From Octopus bimaculoides (Eukaryota), in the NCBI RefSeq assembly GCF_001194135.2, contig NC_068984.1, positions 10,463,948-10,511,972 on the forward strand: DNA of 48,025 nucleotides, in the 5' to 3' direction. Positions within the stretch are counted from its first letter, which is position 1. Every line of letters begins with the position of its first letter. Positions 23,600 to 35,586 of the stretch are shown in pieces. The notes under the pieces were generated by a model that did no database searches, was not told the DNA's origin, and saw nothing but the letters and a program-made list of their open reading frames with translations. A program made the position numbers and the translations under genes.

Positions 23600-24060
23600 G
23601 TGGATGTGTCTATATAGGTATGTATGTCCCTGTGCGTGCATGTAAGTATGTATGTATGTATGTATGTATGTATGTATGTATTTGTATGTATGTATGTATA
23701 CACAAATACATACAAATACATACACAAATACATACATATATATATACACAAATACATACACACACATATGTGTGTGTATATACATATATATATACATATA
23801 CATACACACACGTATACACACAAATACATACATACATACATACATACATACATTACATACATACATACATACATACATGCATGCATACACACATACATAC
23901 ATACATACATGCATGCATACATACATACATACATACATACATACATACTTACGTACGTACGTACAATCATACATACATACGTACATACATACATACATAC
24001 ATACGTGCGTACATACATACATACATACATACATACGTACGTACGTACGTACGTGCATGC
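23600..24060. repeat. (TATG)n/(CATA)n compound microsatellite
   Basis: Seen directly; explains the spurious ORFs here. Confidence 0.95.
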
Positions 24061-24650
24061 GCGTGAGAGAGAAAGAAAAATAAAGAAATATAGAAAAAAG
24101 AAAAGAAACGAGAAGCAAGACGACAAAAAAAATGAAAAAAAACAATGAGAGGAGGAGGAGACCAGGAGGAGGAGGAGGCGAAACCAAACAAAAACAAATT
24201 AAGACGAAAAGCAAATCAACAACGTTAACAACAACAACAACAACAACAACAACAACGTGGAACGATATCAACAATGGCGAAAACAACAACAACAGCGAAA
24301 AACCAGAAGAACAACGATCGCGAAGACAAATAACAGGAAGAACGGGCACGGTATTAACAGAAATAATTTTCTTCCATGTTCCAAATAATAACAGGTTTTC
24401 AAAGAATACAATGGACACGTCAAGAGGGAAATGGAGAAGTATTGTGAAAAACATCAACAGGAGAAGACGTATTCCTGGCAAAAAGTTGGAATATATATTC
24501 TATATTATATTTTAGTTGTTGTATGAAGAATAATTAAAATGCGGTAATAAAGTTTTCTTGAAATTGCTTTTCATTGTTACTATATAGCTATGTATATATA
24601 TGCGTTTCTGTATTGTTACGTACGTATAGATGTGTATAATTTAATATATA

Positions 24651-24776
24651 AGAGACCGATAGAATAAGTACTAGGCTTACAAAGAATAAGTCCTGGGGTC
24701 GATTTTCTCGACTAAAGGCGGTGCTCCATCATGGCCGCAGTCAAATGACTGAAACAAGTAAAAGAGTAAAAGAGTA
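24651..24776 (+). mobile_element. SINE family A, 3' end
   Basis: Matches the 3' half. Confidence 0.85.
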
Positions 24777-25039
24777 TATATATATATATATATATATNNN
24801 NNNNNNNNNNNNNNNNNNNNNNNNNNNNNNNNNNNNNNNNNNNNNNNNNNNNNNNNNNNNNNNNNNNNNNNNNNNNNNNNNNNNNNNNNNNNNNNNNNNN
24901 NNNNNNNNNNNNNNNNNNNNNNNNNNNNNNNNNNNNNNNNNNNNNNNNNNNNNNNNNNNNNNNNNNNNNNNNNNNNNNNNNNNATATAACTGTTTTCTAC
25001 AGTTCATGCACTGTTAGTGGATTGAAAGCGGCGGTGTGT

Positions 25040-25175
25040 GTATAAAACTAAATCAAACACTGCCAGATCAGACTGGAGCCTGGTGCAGTCTCCTGGCTTC
25101 CCAGACCCCAGTCGAACCGTCCAACCCATGCTAGCATGGAAAACGGACGTTAAACGACGATGATGATGATGATAA
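25040..25175 (+). mobile_element. RTE-type 3'-UTR fragment with a (GAT)n tail
   Basis: ccaacccatgctagcatggaaaacggacgttaaacgacgatgatg is shared with the 40110, 42300 and 45500 copies; the RTE link is inference. Confidence 0.7.
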
Positions 25176-25188
25176 TATTGATTACAGA

Positions 25189-25385
25189 TCTTGGCACAAG
25201 GCCTGCAATTTCGAAGGAAAGGGGTTAGTTGATTACATCGACCTTCAGTGCTCAGCTGATACTTATTTTTTTTATCGAGCCCAGAAGGGTGAAAGTAAAA
25301 ATTGACCTCGGCAGAATTTGAACTCAGAACGTAAAGATGACAAAATGCCGCTAAGCACTTTCCCGGCGTGCTAACGATTTTTCAA
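25189..25385 (-). mobile_element. SINE family B
   Basis: Reverse complement of the core. Confidence 0.8.
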
Positions 25386-25752
25386 GCACAGGATGCAAAT
25401 TTTGAACTAAGTACAAAAGTTTCTACCACCATAACAAATGCTGCGTGTTAACGAGAAATTCATTGAAAGCGATAGAAAGCTTCTTCTAAGCAAACAACTC
25501 GAGACTTGTTTTTTAGAAAGAAATATACGAGTCCTTCTACAAGTGCTTGTGAATTGGTGATCGCGAGTCTAGAGCGAGTAAAAGTGATTCAGAAAACGAT
25601 TGTGTGTTCAATTCCAGGCAGTGCTTTGAATAAATAATAATAATAATAATAACAATAATAATAATAATAATAATTATTATTATTATAATAATTATAATAA
25701 TGATGATGATGATGATGATGATAACAACAACAACATCAGGAAAACATACTTT

Positions 25753-25890
25753 AGGAATGAGAACCCAGGGTTGGGTTCAAAATTCTACCAGGACACCTGA
25801 TGAAGGCTGGAGAGTAGATCAGCTGAAATGTTGTGGTAACAACAAACAAAATGAGAATACATATCTGTTTAATGTAAATAATGTAAATAA
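25753..25890 (+). mobile_element. Hammerhead-bearing short element, family 1, diverged copy after a (TAA)n/(GAT)n tract
   Basis: Aligns by eye to 36068-36205, including the aatgtaaat tail repeats. Confidence 0.8.
25792..25837 (+). ncRNA. Minimal type-I hammerhead ribozyme, decayed
   Basis: GACAC CUGAUGA A GGCUG-loop-CAGCU GAAA UG UU GUGGU; C>T changes weaken stems II and III. Confidence 0.6.
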
Positions 25891-26284
25891 TGAATTTTTT
25901 TTTTATTATAAATGATCTTGATATTCTTTTTACTTTACACAACATATTCTTTACATTCTGCTGTTATTTTATTACCATTTATTTATGAGTATTACAAATT
26001 TTATGGGTAACATATTTTTCTGAGAACAAATTACGATTTATAACATTGCTACAATGGGAAATTATTATTCTGCTTTATGAGTTTTCGTTTTACAAGCGGC
26101 ATTTCGAGACATTCACTGCTGTATATGGAACTGGGTTCTGAATTACGTTATACAACTGTCAGGTACGAATTTCTTCACGGTTATACTTCCTCAGTGACAA
26201 ACAGCGCTCCACTACGGTTGGTTAGCGAAGATTTCAATCAATGACTTAATGATTTATTTAGTTGGTCAGTGTCTTATAAGTTAT

Positions 26285-26692
26285 ACTCTTTTACTTGTTT
26301 CATTCATTTGACTGCGGCCATGCTGGAGCACCGCCTTTAGTCGAGCAAATCGACCCCAGGACGTATTCTTTGTAAGCCTAGTACATATTCTATCGGTCTC
26401 TTTTGTCGAATCGCTAAGTTTCGCTAAGTTACGGGGACGTAAACACACCAGCATCGGTTGTCAAGCGATGTTGGAGGGGGGGAACACAGACACACAAGCA
26501 CACACACACATATACATATACATATATACGACAGGCTTCTTTCAGTTTCCGTCTACCAAATCCACTCACAAGGCTTTGGTCGGCCCGAGACCATAGCAAA
26601 AGACACTTGTCCAAGGTGCCACGCAGTGGGACTGAACCCGGAACCATGTGATTGGTAAGCAAGCTACTTACCACACAGTCACTCCTGCGCCT
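26285..26692 (-). mobile_element. SINE family A, full length
   Basis: Close to consensus. Confidence 0.92.
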
Positions 26693-26814
26693 ACTAAACA
26701 CGCTAAATTAATTTTCATTATATTTTAATTAGTGGGGATTAATATGAGAGTATTTTTTAGTTATTTGATTACTTCTCGTTGTAATACTTTTCGAATTGTA
26801 AGTTGTGATAAGAC

Positions 26815-27960
26815 ATGGGCACCAGAACTTCATTTATCGATCAAAGACAAAATAGAAAATTGATTCTCTGGTGAATACACCAGAACGTCAAGAATTCTAA
26901 CGGTAAGAAATGAAGACATCTCTTTAAGAACGTAGAATTTTAATATTGTAAGTAAATATATTTTCAGTACCATTAACTCTGATATCAGGAGAGCTTCCAG
27001 GTTAATTCAATGGATTTCAGCGCCACTGTAATCAACTGATTATTTCCATAGATACTTCATCCAACCCGCAGTATCGAGAAAACAGCTGCCTGCAAATTCA
27101 CCCGGTTTGTTATCGCTGATTTCTACCCTTCGGTATCGAAATCGATCCTTCTGAAAATCTTTGACTTTGAGAGACAATTCACAAGAATTAGAGACTCCCG
27201 TATCCAAATCATTATGACTGCTAGGAAGTTGTTATTGTTTCATGGTAATTCCAGCTGGGAAAAAAAGGCGATTGATCAATCTGTCCCTGAAGAGCTGCGA
27301 GGAGCTAAACTCGCTTCGTCGTTATTTCAATCCTGGAAACCCTCAAAAGATTCATACGCACAGTGCAGCCTTGCGTATGAATGATGGCTTGGCAGTCTCA
27401 AACTACATGAACGGCTATGCCATGAATAAATTCAAGAATTCTATAAATATCTTCAAAGAATTTGGCTTAATTGTAACTGTTTCAAAGCCAATTACAGTTA
27501 TAATTATGAGACAAGTGCTTCTCCGGAAGAAAGTCCGACGAAGAATCTGTTTATTTCCACAGATTCTCCATCCAACCCCAACTGTAATTAGACATAAATA
27601 TTAGCAGAAGCACCTCCAGTCTCTCGGCAGGAACAGGAAGACAGATCTTCAACTGTAACGCACTCCCATTATAACGAGGCACTGGCGAGAAGTAGTTCTG
27701 CTGATAACTTAGAATACAGGAGGACCCCCACTCCACTCCCAAACTTAAAGAAAGATACGATGGGAAAGACAATCCAGTTTATTCATCCATTTAATCTAAA
27801 TGATTCCACTAATATAGATAGAAGCTTCCTAGTGCTAATTAGTCAGCATCTCCTAAGAAACCCGACATGTCATAAACATTAGTTCCTGTAACGTCAGGGT
27901 TAGATACATATCCTTAAATAAAATCGCTTCCTGTATTTGCACGCTACAATAAAACAGCTT
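26815..27960 (+). mobile_element. Penelope-like element reverse transcriptase and linker, heavily decayed
   Basis: Across stops and frameshifts: FVIADFYPSVS, IIMTARKLLLFHGNSSWEKK, NDGLAV...NIFKEFGLIVT (YRDDGL-like), YNEALARS, HPFNLNDSTNIDRSFLVLI. Confidence 0.75.
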
Positions 27961-28239
27961 TGCATCTTCACAATCTTCACTCCACGCACCAACCGGAAAT
28001 AAAAGTTCCTAGCTAAAGTTAATTGATCTGAGAGGTCTCTTTCTCTCTCTCTCTTTGTTATGTCTCAAGCTACTGCTGTCTAGCACCTTCGGATGATCTC
28101 TACTCAACCGCTACACAACTGCTACTTGACTGCTACTCAACACTACTCATCTGCTACTCAACACACCTACCACGGCCAGACTACCTCTATTTATATGTCT
28201 TGAGAGATCCTACTTCTTCGCCTGGGGGCGTCGACACAA

Positions 28240-28292
28240 CACTCTCTCTCTCTCTCTCTCTCCCTTTCTCTATCTCTCTCTCTCTTTCTCTC

Positions 28293-28385
<93 letters not shown>

Positions 28386-28392
28386 TCTCTCC
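28240..28392. repeat. (CT)n microsatellite
   Basis: Seen directly. Confidence 0.95.
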
Positions 28393-28586
28393 GAGGAAGC
28401 AAAATTACACTGAAACACCAGTATCTGACAGTCCATCGGCTCAATTTCAGCATGCATTTTCAACACGCAAAGTCCCTTGGCAGATGATGTGTTCTGAAAC
28501 TAAACTCCAGAGCGGGAGCCGTTCCACGTTTGTGCGTACACGAACATGTTATAAAGAATATCTACATAGTATTTTTTTAACTCTAT

Positions 28587-28810
28587 GGAGGTGCATGGTT
28601 TAGTGGTTAGGGTGCTGCACTCATGATTGTATGATTGCAGTTTCGATTCCTAGACAGGGTGATGCGTTGTGGTCTTGAGCAAAATGCTTCATTTCTCGTT
28701 GCACCAGTCTACTCAGCTGGCAAAAATCAGGATTCTTGCGACGGACCTGCGAGGAATATATACGCCACAGAAGCTGGGAAACTGACCTTATGGGGCTATA
28801 TCTCTTGAGA
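28587..28810 (+). mobile_element. SINE family D
   Basis: ggaggtgcatggtttagtggttagg...gtttcgattcctagac head. Confidence 0.75.
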
Positions 28811-30234
28811 ATGAGCTTGTCTTTGATTTTATCATTGTTTTATCATTATTAATAAATCTGAGGGTAGCAAAAAAATTTTTAGAAATTCTATTTGCTACCA
28901 GTGGTCTAGCGAGAAGAAAAAAATTAGTCAATAGGCTATATATTATTCATTTGAATACAGTGTACATTTAAACACATCAGATTTATTAATAATGATAAAA
29001 TGTTTTTTGGCTAATTTCTGAAAGTAAATCGGCATTTTTTTTTTGTATTTGCTGCCGATAAGAAAAATCGCACATGCGCGGGAGATTTTGAAAAATTTTA
29101 GCATATAAGCACAAGTCATGTTTCTATGTAGTGCCTCGTGTTTATATGTTAATCTTGGCTTTTCCGCTGATGATAGCTGGCCTTGCAAAATATTTTATTT
29201 TATTTTGCTAAATATAGCTTGAAACCATTGGTTCGGAAAATAGATAGTAAATGTTTTTATTTTTTATTCCCTTTCGAATTTATCCCTAATTGTGTCGTGG
29301 AGTTTTGACTGCTCCTTCTAGCGGGCTAGATGTCCTATTATGGACATTTCTAATGTGTTTAAATGTACACTGTATTTAAAAGTATATNNNNNNNNNNNNN
29401 NNNNNNNNNNNNNNNNNNNNNNNNNNNNNNNNNNNNNNNNNNNNNNNNNNNNNNNNNNNNNNNNNNNNNNNNNNNNNNNNNNNNGATGTGAAACCGTGTG
29501 TTAAAATAGATATTGTTATATTTCGGGACGGTCATTTTTTTCCCCCAGATAAACACACGCACTATATATTCATTCTTCACTTGTTTATTACTGTTCTTAT
29601 TTTCTCTTATGTCCACTGTCCGGAAATCTTTCGTCACACATCTGTGACCTCTTCAGCGACCCTTTCCGTCCACATGTGTGTGTGCGCGTGCGCGCGCGTA
29701 ATGCTTTCAAACATTCAGAAATTTTGTGACAAACACAATCGATTTACTTGCCCTTGCTACTTGATCGGTATCATCTTATCAATGTTTGAACTCAGAGCTC
29801 AGACCGTGAAGGGTCACAATTTAATAACACGAGATACTTTATCGAATGTTCTACTGATTCAAACTTTACCTATTCAAAATTACATGAATAAAAAAGAACA
29901 AATTCAAATGAAAATGCAAATATAAAAGCAGTAATTATATAATTCTATAGACGACAAACTGAAAAGCAAGTCTGAGAATAAGACTCAATTTACAGAACAT
30001 GAACTTGTTGCGTGAAGTGCTTCATGACCATTGTGATCTTGCAATGTTGGATGTCTATGGTGCTATTGAAGACCATCGTCGTGTGGTCTAGCTGGCTGCA
30101 TGTATAATAAATGAAGCAACTCACAAACTTTTAACTTTTAACATATTTATTACTGTACATGATTTACTGCGTTGGCTGTTTACAAAAGAAAGATGCTGAT
30201 AATATAACTGCTGACTGGAAGGAGAGAACCACGC

Positions 30235-30710
30235 TGTGTCTGTAGAAGACTAGCTATGGTGCATCGTGTCTGAAGAAGGCTAGCTGTGGTACGTCGTGTC
30301 TATAGAAGGGTAGCTGTGGTACACCATATCTGAAGAAGGTTAGCTGTAGCACATCGTGTCCCTAGAAGGTTAGTTGTGGTACATCGTGTCTAAAGAAGGC
30401 TAGCTGTGGTATATCGTATCTGAAGAAGGTTACCTGTGGTACATCGTGCCCGTAGAACGCTAGCTGTGGTACATTCTGTCTGAAGAAGGCTAGCTGTGGT
30501 ACATTGTGTCTATAGAAGGGTAGCTGCGGTGCATCGTGTCTGACGAAGACTGGCTGTGGTGCATCGTGTCTGTAGAATGCTAGCTGTGGTGCATCGTGTT
30601 TATAGAAGGGCTAGCTGTGGTAATCCTGTCTGAAGAAGGGTAGTGTGGTACATTGTCTGTAGAAGCTAGCTGTGGTACATCGTGTCTATAGAAGGTTAGC
30701 TGTAGTACAT
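30235..30710. repeat. 30-bp minisatellite, array 1 (about 16 units)
   Basis: Consensus TGTAGAAGGCTAGCTGTGGTACATCGTGTC; 12 indel-free units at 30241-30600. Confidence 0.95.
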
Positions 30711-31083
30711 TGTAGGCGCATCACCCCACTTGACAGCGGGTAAACAAGCTGGCTATACAGAGATAGAGGGCGTTACACAACATTTAGGTTCAGACACGTG
30801 ACTTCATCTCTTTCACTTTCTGCACTGGGACCTCGAAATGTAAAGATGTGATCTAGCCTCTCTCGACACCCACCAGCTAGCAAATAGGAGCATAGCATAA
30901 AAGACCATGGCCTTTACACACCAGCCATTCTATTTATCATTCCATAGTGTATATACGTGTGGCCACAATAAACGAGTTTAAGTTGCAACCTCGCTGGTAT
31001 ATCTTTTTTTTATCCAGGTTTACTACCAGCGAAATTACAGCCTTCTGAGAGTCATATCAGGTGGCTCATGACGACCTGCACCA
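30711..31083 (+). mobile_element. LTR-like segment (5' LTR of a deleted LTR retrotransposon)
   Basis: Begins TG, ends CA, AATAAA at 30967-30972 preceded by a TATA-like run, and followed by a tRNA primer-binding site. Confidence 0.65.
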
Positions 31084-31090
31084 TTTAAAA

Positions 31091-31108
31091 TGGTGACCAC
31101 CGACGTGA
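31091..31108 (+). other. Primer-binding site complementary to the tRNA-Trp 3' end
   Basis: TGGTGACCACCGACGTGA versus expected TGGTGACCCCGACGTGA (one extra A); tRNA sequence recalled from knowledge of metazoan tRNA-Trp. Confidence 0.7.
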
Positions 31109-31129
31109 AAATGAACATATCCATCTAGA

Positions 31130-31437
31130 ACATCGTGTCTGTAGAAGGTTAGCTGTGCTACACTGTGTCTGAAGAAGGCTAGCTGTGGTACACCGTATCT
31201 GTAGAAGGCTAGCTGTGGTACATCGTGTCCGTAGAAGGCTAGCTGTGGTACATCGTATCTGTAGAAGGCTAGCTGTGGTACATCGTGTCCGTAGAAGGCT
31301 AGCTGTGGTACACGTGTCTGTAGACGGCTGACTGTGGTACATCGTGTTTGATGGAGGCTAGCTGTGGTACATCGTATCTGAAGAAGGCTAGCTGTGGTAC
31401 ATCGTGTCTGTAGAATGCTAGCTGTAGTACATCGTGT
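31130..31437. repeat. 30-bp minisatellite, array 2 (about 10 units)
   Basis: Same consensus as array 1; alternating unit variants at 31201-31310. Confidence 0.95.
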
Positions 31438-32082
31438 GTAAGTCTCCGAAACAGTTTCCTGCTCGGGTCGGTCTGTCTGAATGCCTGCAGTTGTCTGATC
31501 ATGGCAGCCTGCCTTCCGTGAGCACCCAAGGTGGTCTACATGAATGCCTGAGGCCCACTAGCGTCGGTAGGGGGCGGTAGGGACGGTCCGCCCCAACTAC
31601 ACTTTTAAAAGGGATGGCACTTTTGTGTCTGCTGTAAGCAACATGTTTTTTTTTTTCTTGTAGGGTCCGGGGGCGGCAAAGGAAAGGGCCGTCCCGGACG
31701 GTACGCACTCTAGCTACACGAGTTCTGAGGCCGTCTGGCTGAGGTAGGTGGCAAACAGTTTTCATAGGGTAAAAAGGGGTCGAATTTTAGATCATCCAAG
31801 GAGTCATATCACATCACAGCTTCACGCTGATTGGTGGATTTATTGATCAGTTTTGTGAAAATGTGATGGCTTACTTGTGATGTCTAACTGAGTATTTTGC
31901 AGTTGGGGTACAAATCCCGACAAAATCATTTTATATATTGGGTTTTCAGCTTAATTTGTTTGCTTTATTTCTACTTGGCACTCCATCGCCGAATGTCTGA
32001 AAAGAGGAAAAATATATTCGAATTCCAGAAACGTTAAACAGATGGTGGAGAAGATGAATAGAGATACAAAAACATAGAACAT

Positions 32083-32490
32083 TACTCTTTTACTCTTTTA
32101 CTTGTTTCAGTCATTTGTCTGCGGCCATGCTGGAGCACCACCTTTAGTCGAGCAAATCGACCCCGGGACTTATTCTTTGTAAGCCTAGTACTTATTCTAT
32201 CGGTCTCTTTTGCCGAACCGCTAAGTGACGGGGACATAAACACACCAGCATCGGTTGTCAAGCAATACTAGGGGGACAAACACAGACACACAAACACACA
32301 CGCACACACATATATATATACATATATACGACGGGCTTCTTTCAGTTTCCGTCTACCAAATCCACTCACAAGGCTTTGGTCGGCCCGAGGCTATAGAAGA
32401 AGACACTTTCCCAAGATGCCACGCAGTGGGACTGAACCCGGAACCATGCGGTTGGTAAGCAAGCTACTTACCACACAGCCACTCCTGCGC
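32083..32490 (-). mobile_element. SINE family A, full length
   Basis: Close to consensus. Confidence 0.92.
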
Positions 32491-33120
32491 AGTTTTTGCA
32501 TTCGTTTAAATAACAATTGAAAGGATTAGAATGAAGGAAAATCTGGGGGGTAAATACGAACGAATTTATCTGAGAACTCAGTAATAATTGCCGACAATTT
32601 ATTTAGTGATTCGATTGCTAACACATGTTTCTTATTGGTTGGCCCTGGTTGAACATGTCCTTTTCTAAGACAGTAATGTGAGATGTGAGGGAGATTTAGT
32701 TGTTATTTTCTTTCTAGTCGAACGAGCACTCAAAGAATTTCTCTTTGGCCCGTGAGCACCTCTCAGCATTTCGCCAGATATTGCGATATCAAGTTTCCCT
32801 CTGGCGATCACAAGAGAGGTTCAGAAGATGCGGGATTATTTCCGACACCTACCAAGGAAAATACAAAATTTGTCAGCAGCTAATATTTAATTTTGCAAAC
32901 AACAAATTTGCTTCATTCTTTAATGTTTCTTAACGTTCATTATGTTCAAAATACTGGAAATAATTTGACCGACTTTAACTGTCAAAAAGTGACAAAATGT
33001 CACATTTCTCATTTTATTGTTTGAAACTTAAGATTCGAGGTTATTTCATACATTCCTATAGAAGCTGACTGTTTGAATTAGAAGTGTTATTTATTTCGTT
33101 GCAAGTGAAATATTGTCTAT

Positions 33121-33172
<52 letters not shown>

Positions 33173-33185
33173 TTANNNNNNNNNN

Positions 33186-33440
33186 GAGGAAGTGAGTTCG
33201 ATTCCTGGACTGGGCTGTGTGTTGTGTTCTTGAGCAAGACATTTTATTTCCCGTTGCTCTAATTCACACATCTGTAGAAATGAGTGGCGGCGTCACTAGT
33301 GCCATGCTGTATTGGCCTAGTGGCGTGAAGAGGGGAGACTGGTATGCATGGGTGACTATTGGTCATCCATAAACAACCTTGCTCGGTCTTGTGCCTCGGA
33401 GGGTAACTTTCTAGGCGCAATCTCATGGTGATTCATGACC
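33186..33440 (+). mobile_element. SINE family D-related
   Basis: gagttcgattcctggactgg...gttcttgagcaagac. Confidence 0.65.
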
Positions 33441-33463
33441 GAATTGGGTGGGTGGTCTTTACT

Positions 33464-33500
<37 letters not shown>

Positions 33501-33570
33501 TGTATGTATGTATCTATACATATATACACGCACACACATATATATGTATATATGTGTGTGTGTGTGTGTA

Positions 33571-33780
33571 TTCTTTTATTCTTTTATGTGTTTCAGTCCT
33601 TTGACTACGGCCATGCTGGAGCACCGCCTTTAGTCGAACAAATCGACCCTAGGACTTATTCTTTTTAAGCCTAGTACTTATTCTCTCAGTCGCTTTTGCC
33701 GAACCGCTCAGTTACGGGGACGTAAACACACTAAAATCGGTTGTCAAGCGATAATGGGGGGGACAAACACAGACACAAAT
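33571..33780 (-). mobile_element. SINE family A, 3' half
   Basis: Reverse complement of the 3' half. Confidence 0.88.
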
Positions 33781-34253
33781 ATATATATATATCTTTACTC
33801 TCTCTCTCTCTCTCTCTCCCCCTCTCCCCCCTCTCTCTCTCTCTTTATATATATATATAATGGCCCACAGAAATACTGATTCTTGAACGGACATCGTCTT
33901 TCTAAGAACCTGCTTGGATTAGAATGAATTTCAGCGCATGTTAGGCCTCTTTTATATAGAATGTAAATATTAGCTCCAGCTGATTGCATATAAGGCTTTT
34001 TCAATTAACCCTACAACCTTTTCACAAATAGATTGTATTATACTCTTCTCGTCAGCAAATAAGAATGGTTTGTAATAAGTCAATGAGTTATTTGATCTCT
34101 GCCAAGCTAGCTTTCGTAATATCAAATACACACAAATTTCCGTTCCCAGAATGTGGCTCTTGCAAGACTTTCTTGCAAGTATTTGAGAGCAAACTGCTAA
34201 AGTATATTGATCTAATGGTATCGAGCAATTTATCCTAAAGATTAAACCAAATT

Positions 34254-35390
34254 CAGGGTGTGTCAATTTTTTTTTGTTTTGGGTAATATTTTTAATTTAG
34301 AAAAAGACGCATAATTCACCAAAGAAAACTTGTATCCGAAAATAAATTGGTACAAACAATCTTGAGAATCCTTTTGTCACACGTATTCAATGAATCCACT
34401 CTTAGTTATTTCGATACGGGGTCGGGAGCGTTGACATGCCCGAATCAGACGACCTTTATCAATTTTGGACATAGTGCTGTTATGGCGGACTTGAGAGATT
34501 GTGTGACGTTATGATCGGTGTTGATTGACCTCTCTCTCTCAGCAGTGCCCCAGATATAATAGTCCAGTAGATTGAGGTCTGATGATCTAGGAGGCCATGT
34601 GTCTGGGAGAACATGATCATAGATACTGGCATGCATCTAAGCTTGGGTTGTCCAAGCTTTATGAGACGTTGGAAGACGTATGGTCTTCTGCTGTGTACTC
34701 TGCCTACCAAGGACCTCGCAATTTTCTCTAACACCTCTGTGTAGACAGCGGCATTGACTCTAAGACCTGTGGAAAAAATGAGAGGCGGAATGATATCTCC
34801 CTCGGAGCTGATGTTTCCCATAACCATCACAGTTGCTGGTAACTTAGTACGTATGATCGTTCGAACTTCACTCGGAGCCCTGCATAACCATTTGTTGTTC
34901 CTTCGGTTTAACTTTTGGTTGTGATCGAAGTTTTTCTCATCGGAGAAAAATCAAAGCATTCCAGCCTCTTGGTGTTTGAATTTGCTTAGTAAGCGCTTTG
35001 CACGAACAGAACGATTCTCTCTTCTCACATCCGACATAAACTGGTCCCTCGACATCACGTACGACCTCTACTGGATGTCTTGGATGTCTTCATGCACAGC
35101 TCTTCTGATGGTGCATTCTGAAATGTTGAGGTCCTTTGCAATGGCTCTATTAACTTTCCGGAGTTTTAATTAATTATTTCTTGGACTTTCTGACATAGCC
35201 ATGTGTCCTTATGGTATTAGGACCCAGTGCATGTGCTCTGTGTTTAGCTGCTGACGTTGGATCTCTATCAGCAACTTCCAGCTCCTCCCGAACTTTGAAA
35301 ACAAAGGATCTGACAACTTTCAGGAAGCGAGCTATTTCTGTGTCATTATTGCAGCGCATTTAAGACAACGATTACAGATTACTTCTTAAT
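34254..35390 (-). mobile_element. Tc1/mariner-superfamily (maT/DD37D-like) transposon relic
   Basis: DTEIARFLKVVRSFVFKVR (HTH), FFSDEKNF, VMVMGNISSEG, WPPRSSDLNLLDYYIWG; the second catalytic D region is deleted; CAGGGTG terminus at 34254. Confidence 0.8.
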
Positions 35391-35586
35391 TTGCTAGGCC
35401 AGCCTGATCTCACCCAATGCAAGCAAGGAAAAATGAGCATTAAAACAATAACAAAGATGATGATAGTGATGATGATGATGACGACGACGACGACGACGAC
35501 GACGATGATTACGACGATGATGACGATGACGACGATGACGACGATGATGATGGTGGTGGTGGTGACAATGATGACGATGATGGTGA

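Noticed and set aside
22533-24197. Long ORFs (up to 323 aa) in the ORF track, and similar ones at 9835, 28187, 35391-38689, 40764 and 46009
   Set aside because: Translations of di-, tri- and tetranucleotide microsatellites, which lack stops in most frames.
26096-26160. Exon-like segment ending CAG|GTACGA (also 24388-24460 and 41231-41281)
   Set aside because: Short, more than one frame open or weak splice sites, no recognisable peptide, and no consistent gene model could be built.
30235-31437. CRISPR-like array, or hammerhead array (units contain CTGAAGAAGGC)
   Set aside because: Units are contiguous with no unique spacers and no cas genes; no stem II partner or GAAA follows the CUGAAGA-like motif.
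31547-31750. GC-rich segment resembling Harbinger/hAT MITE ends
   Set aside because: No matching pair of terminal inverted repeats or TSD could be defined.
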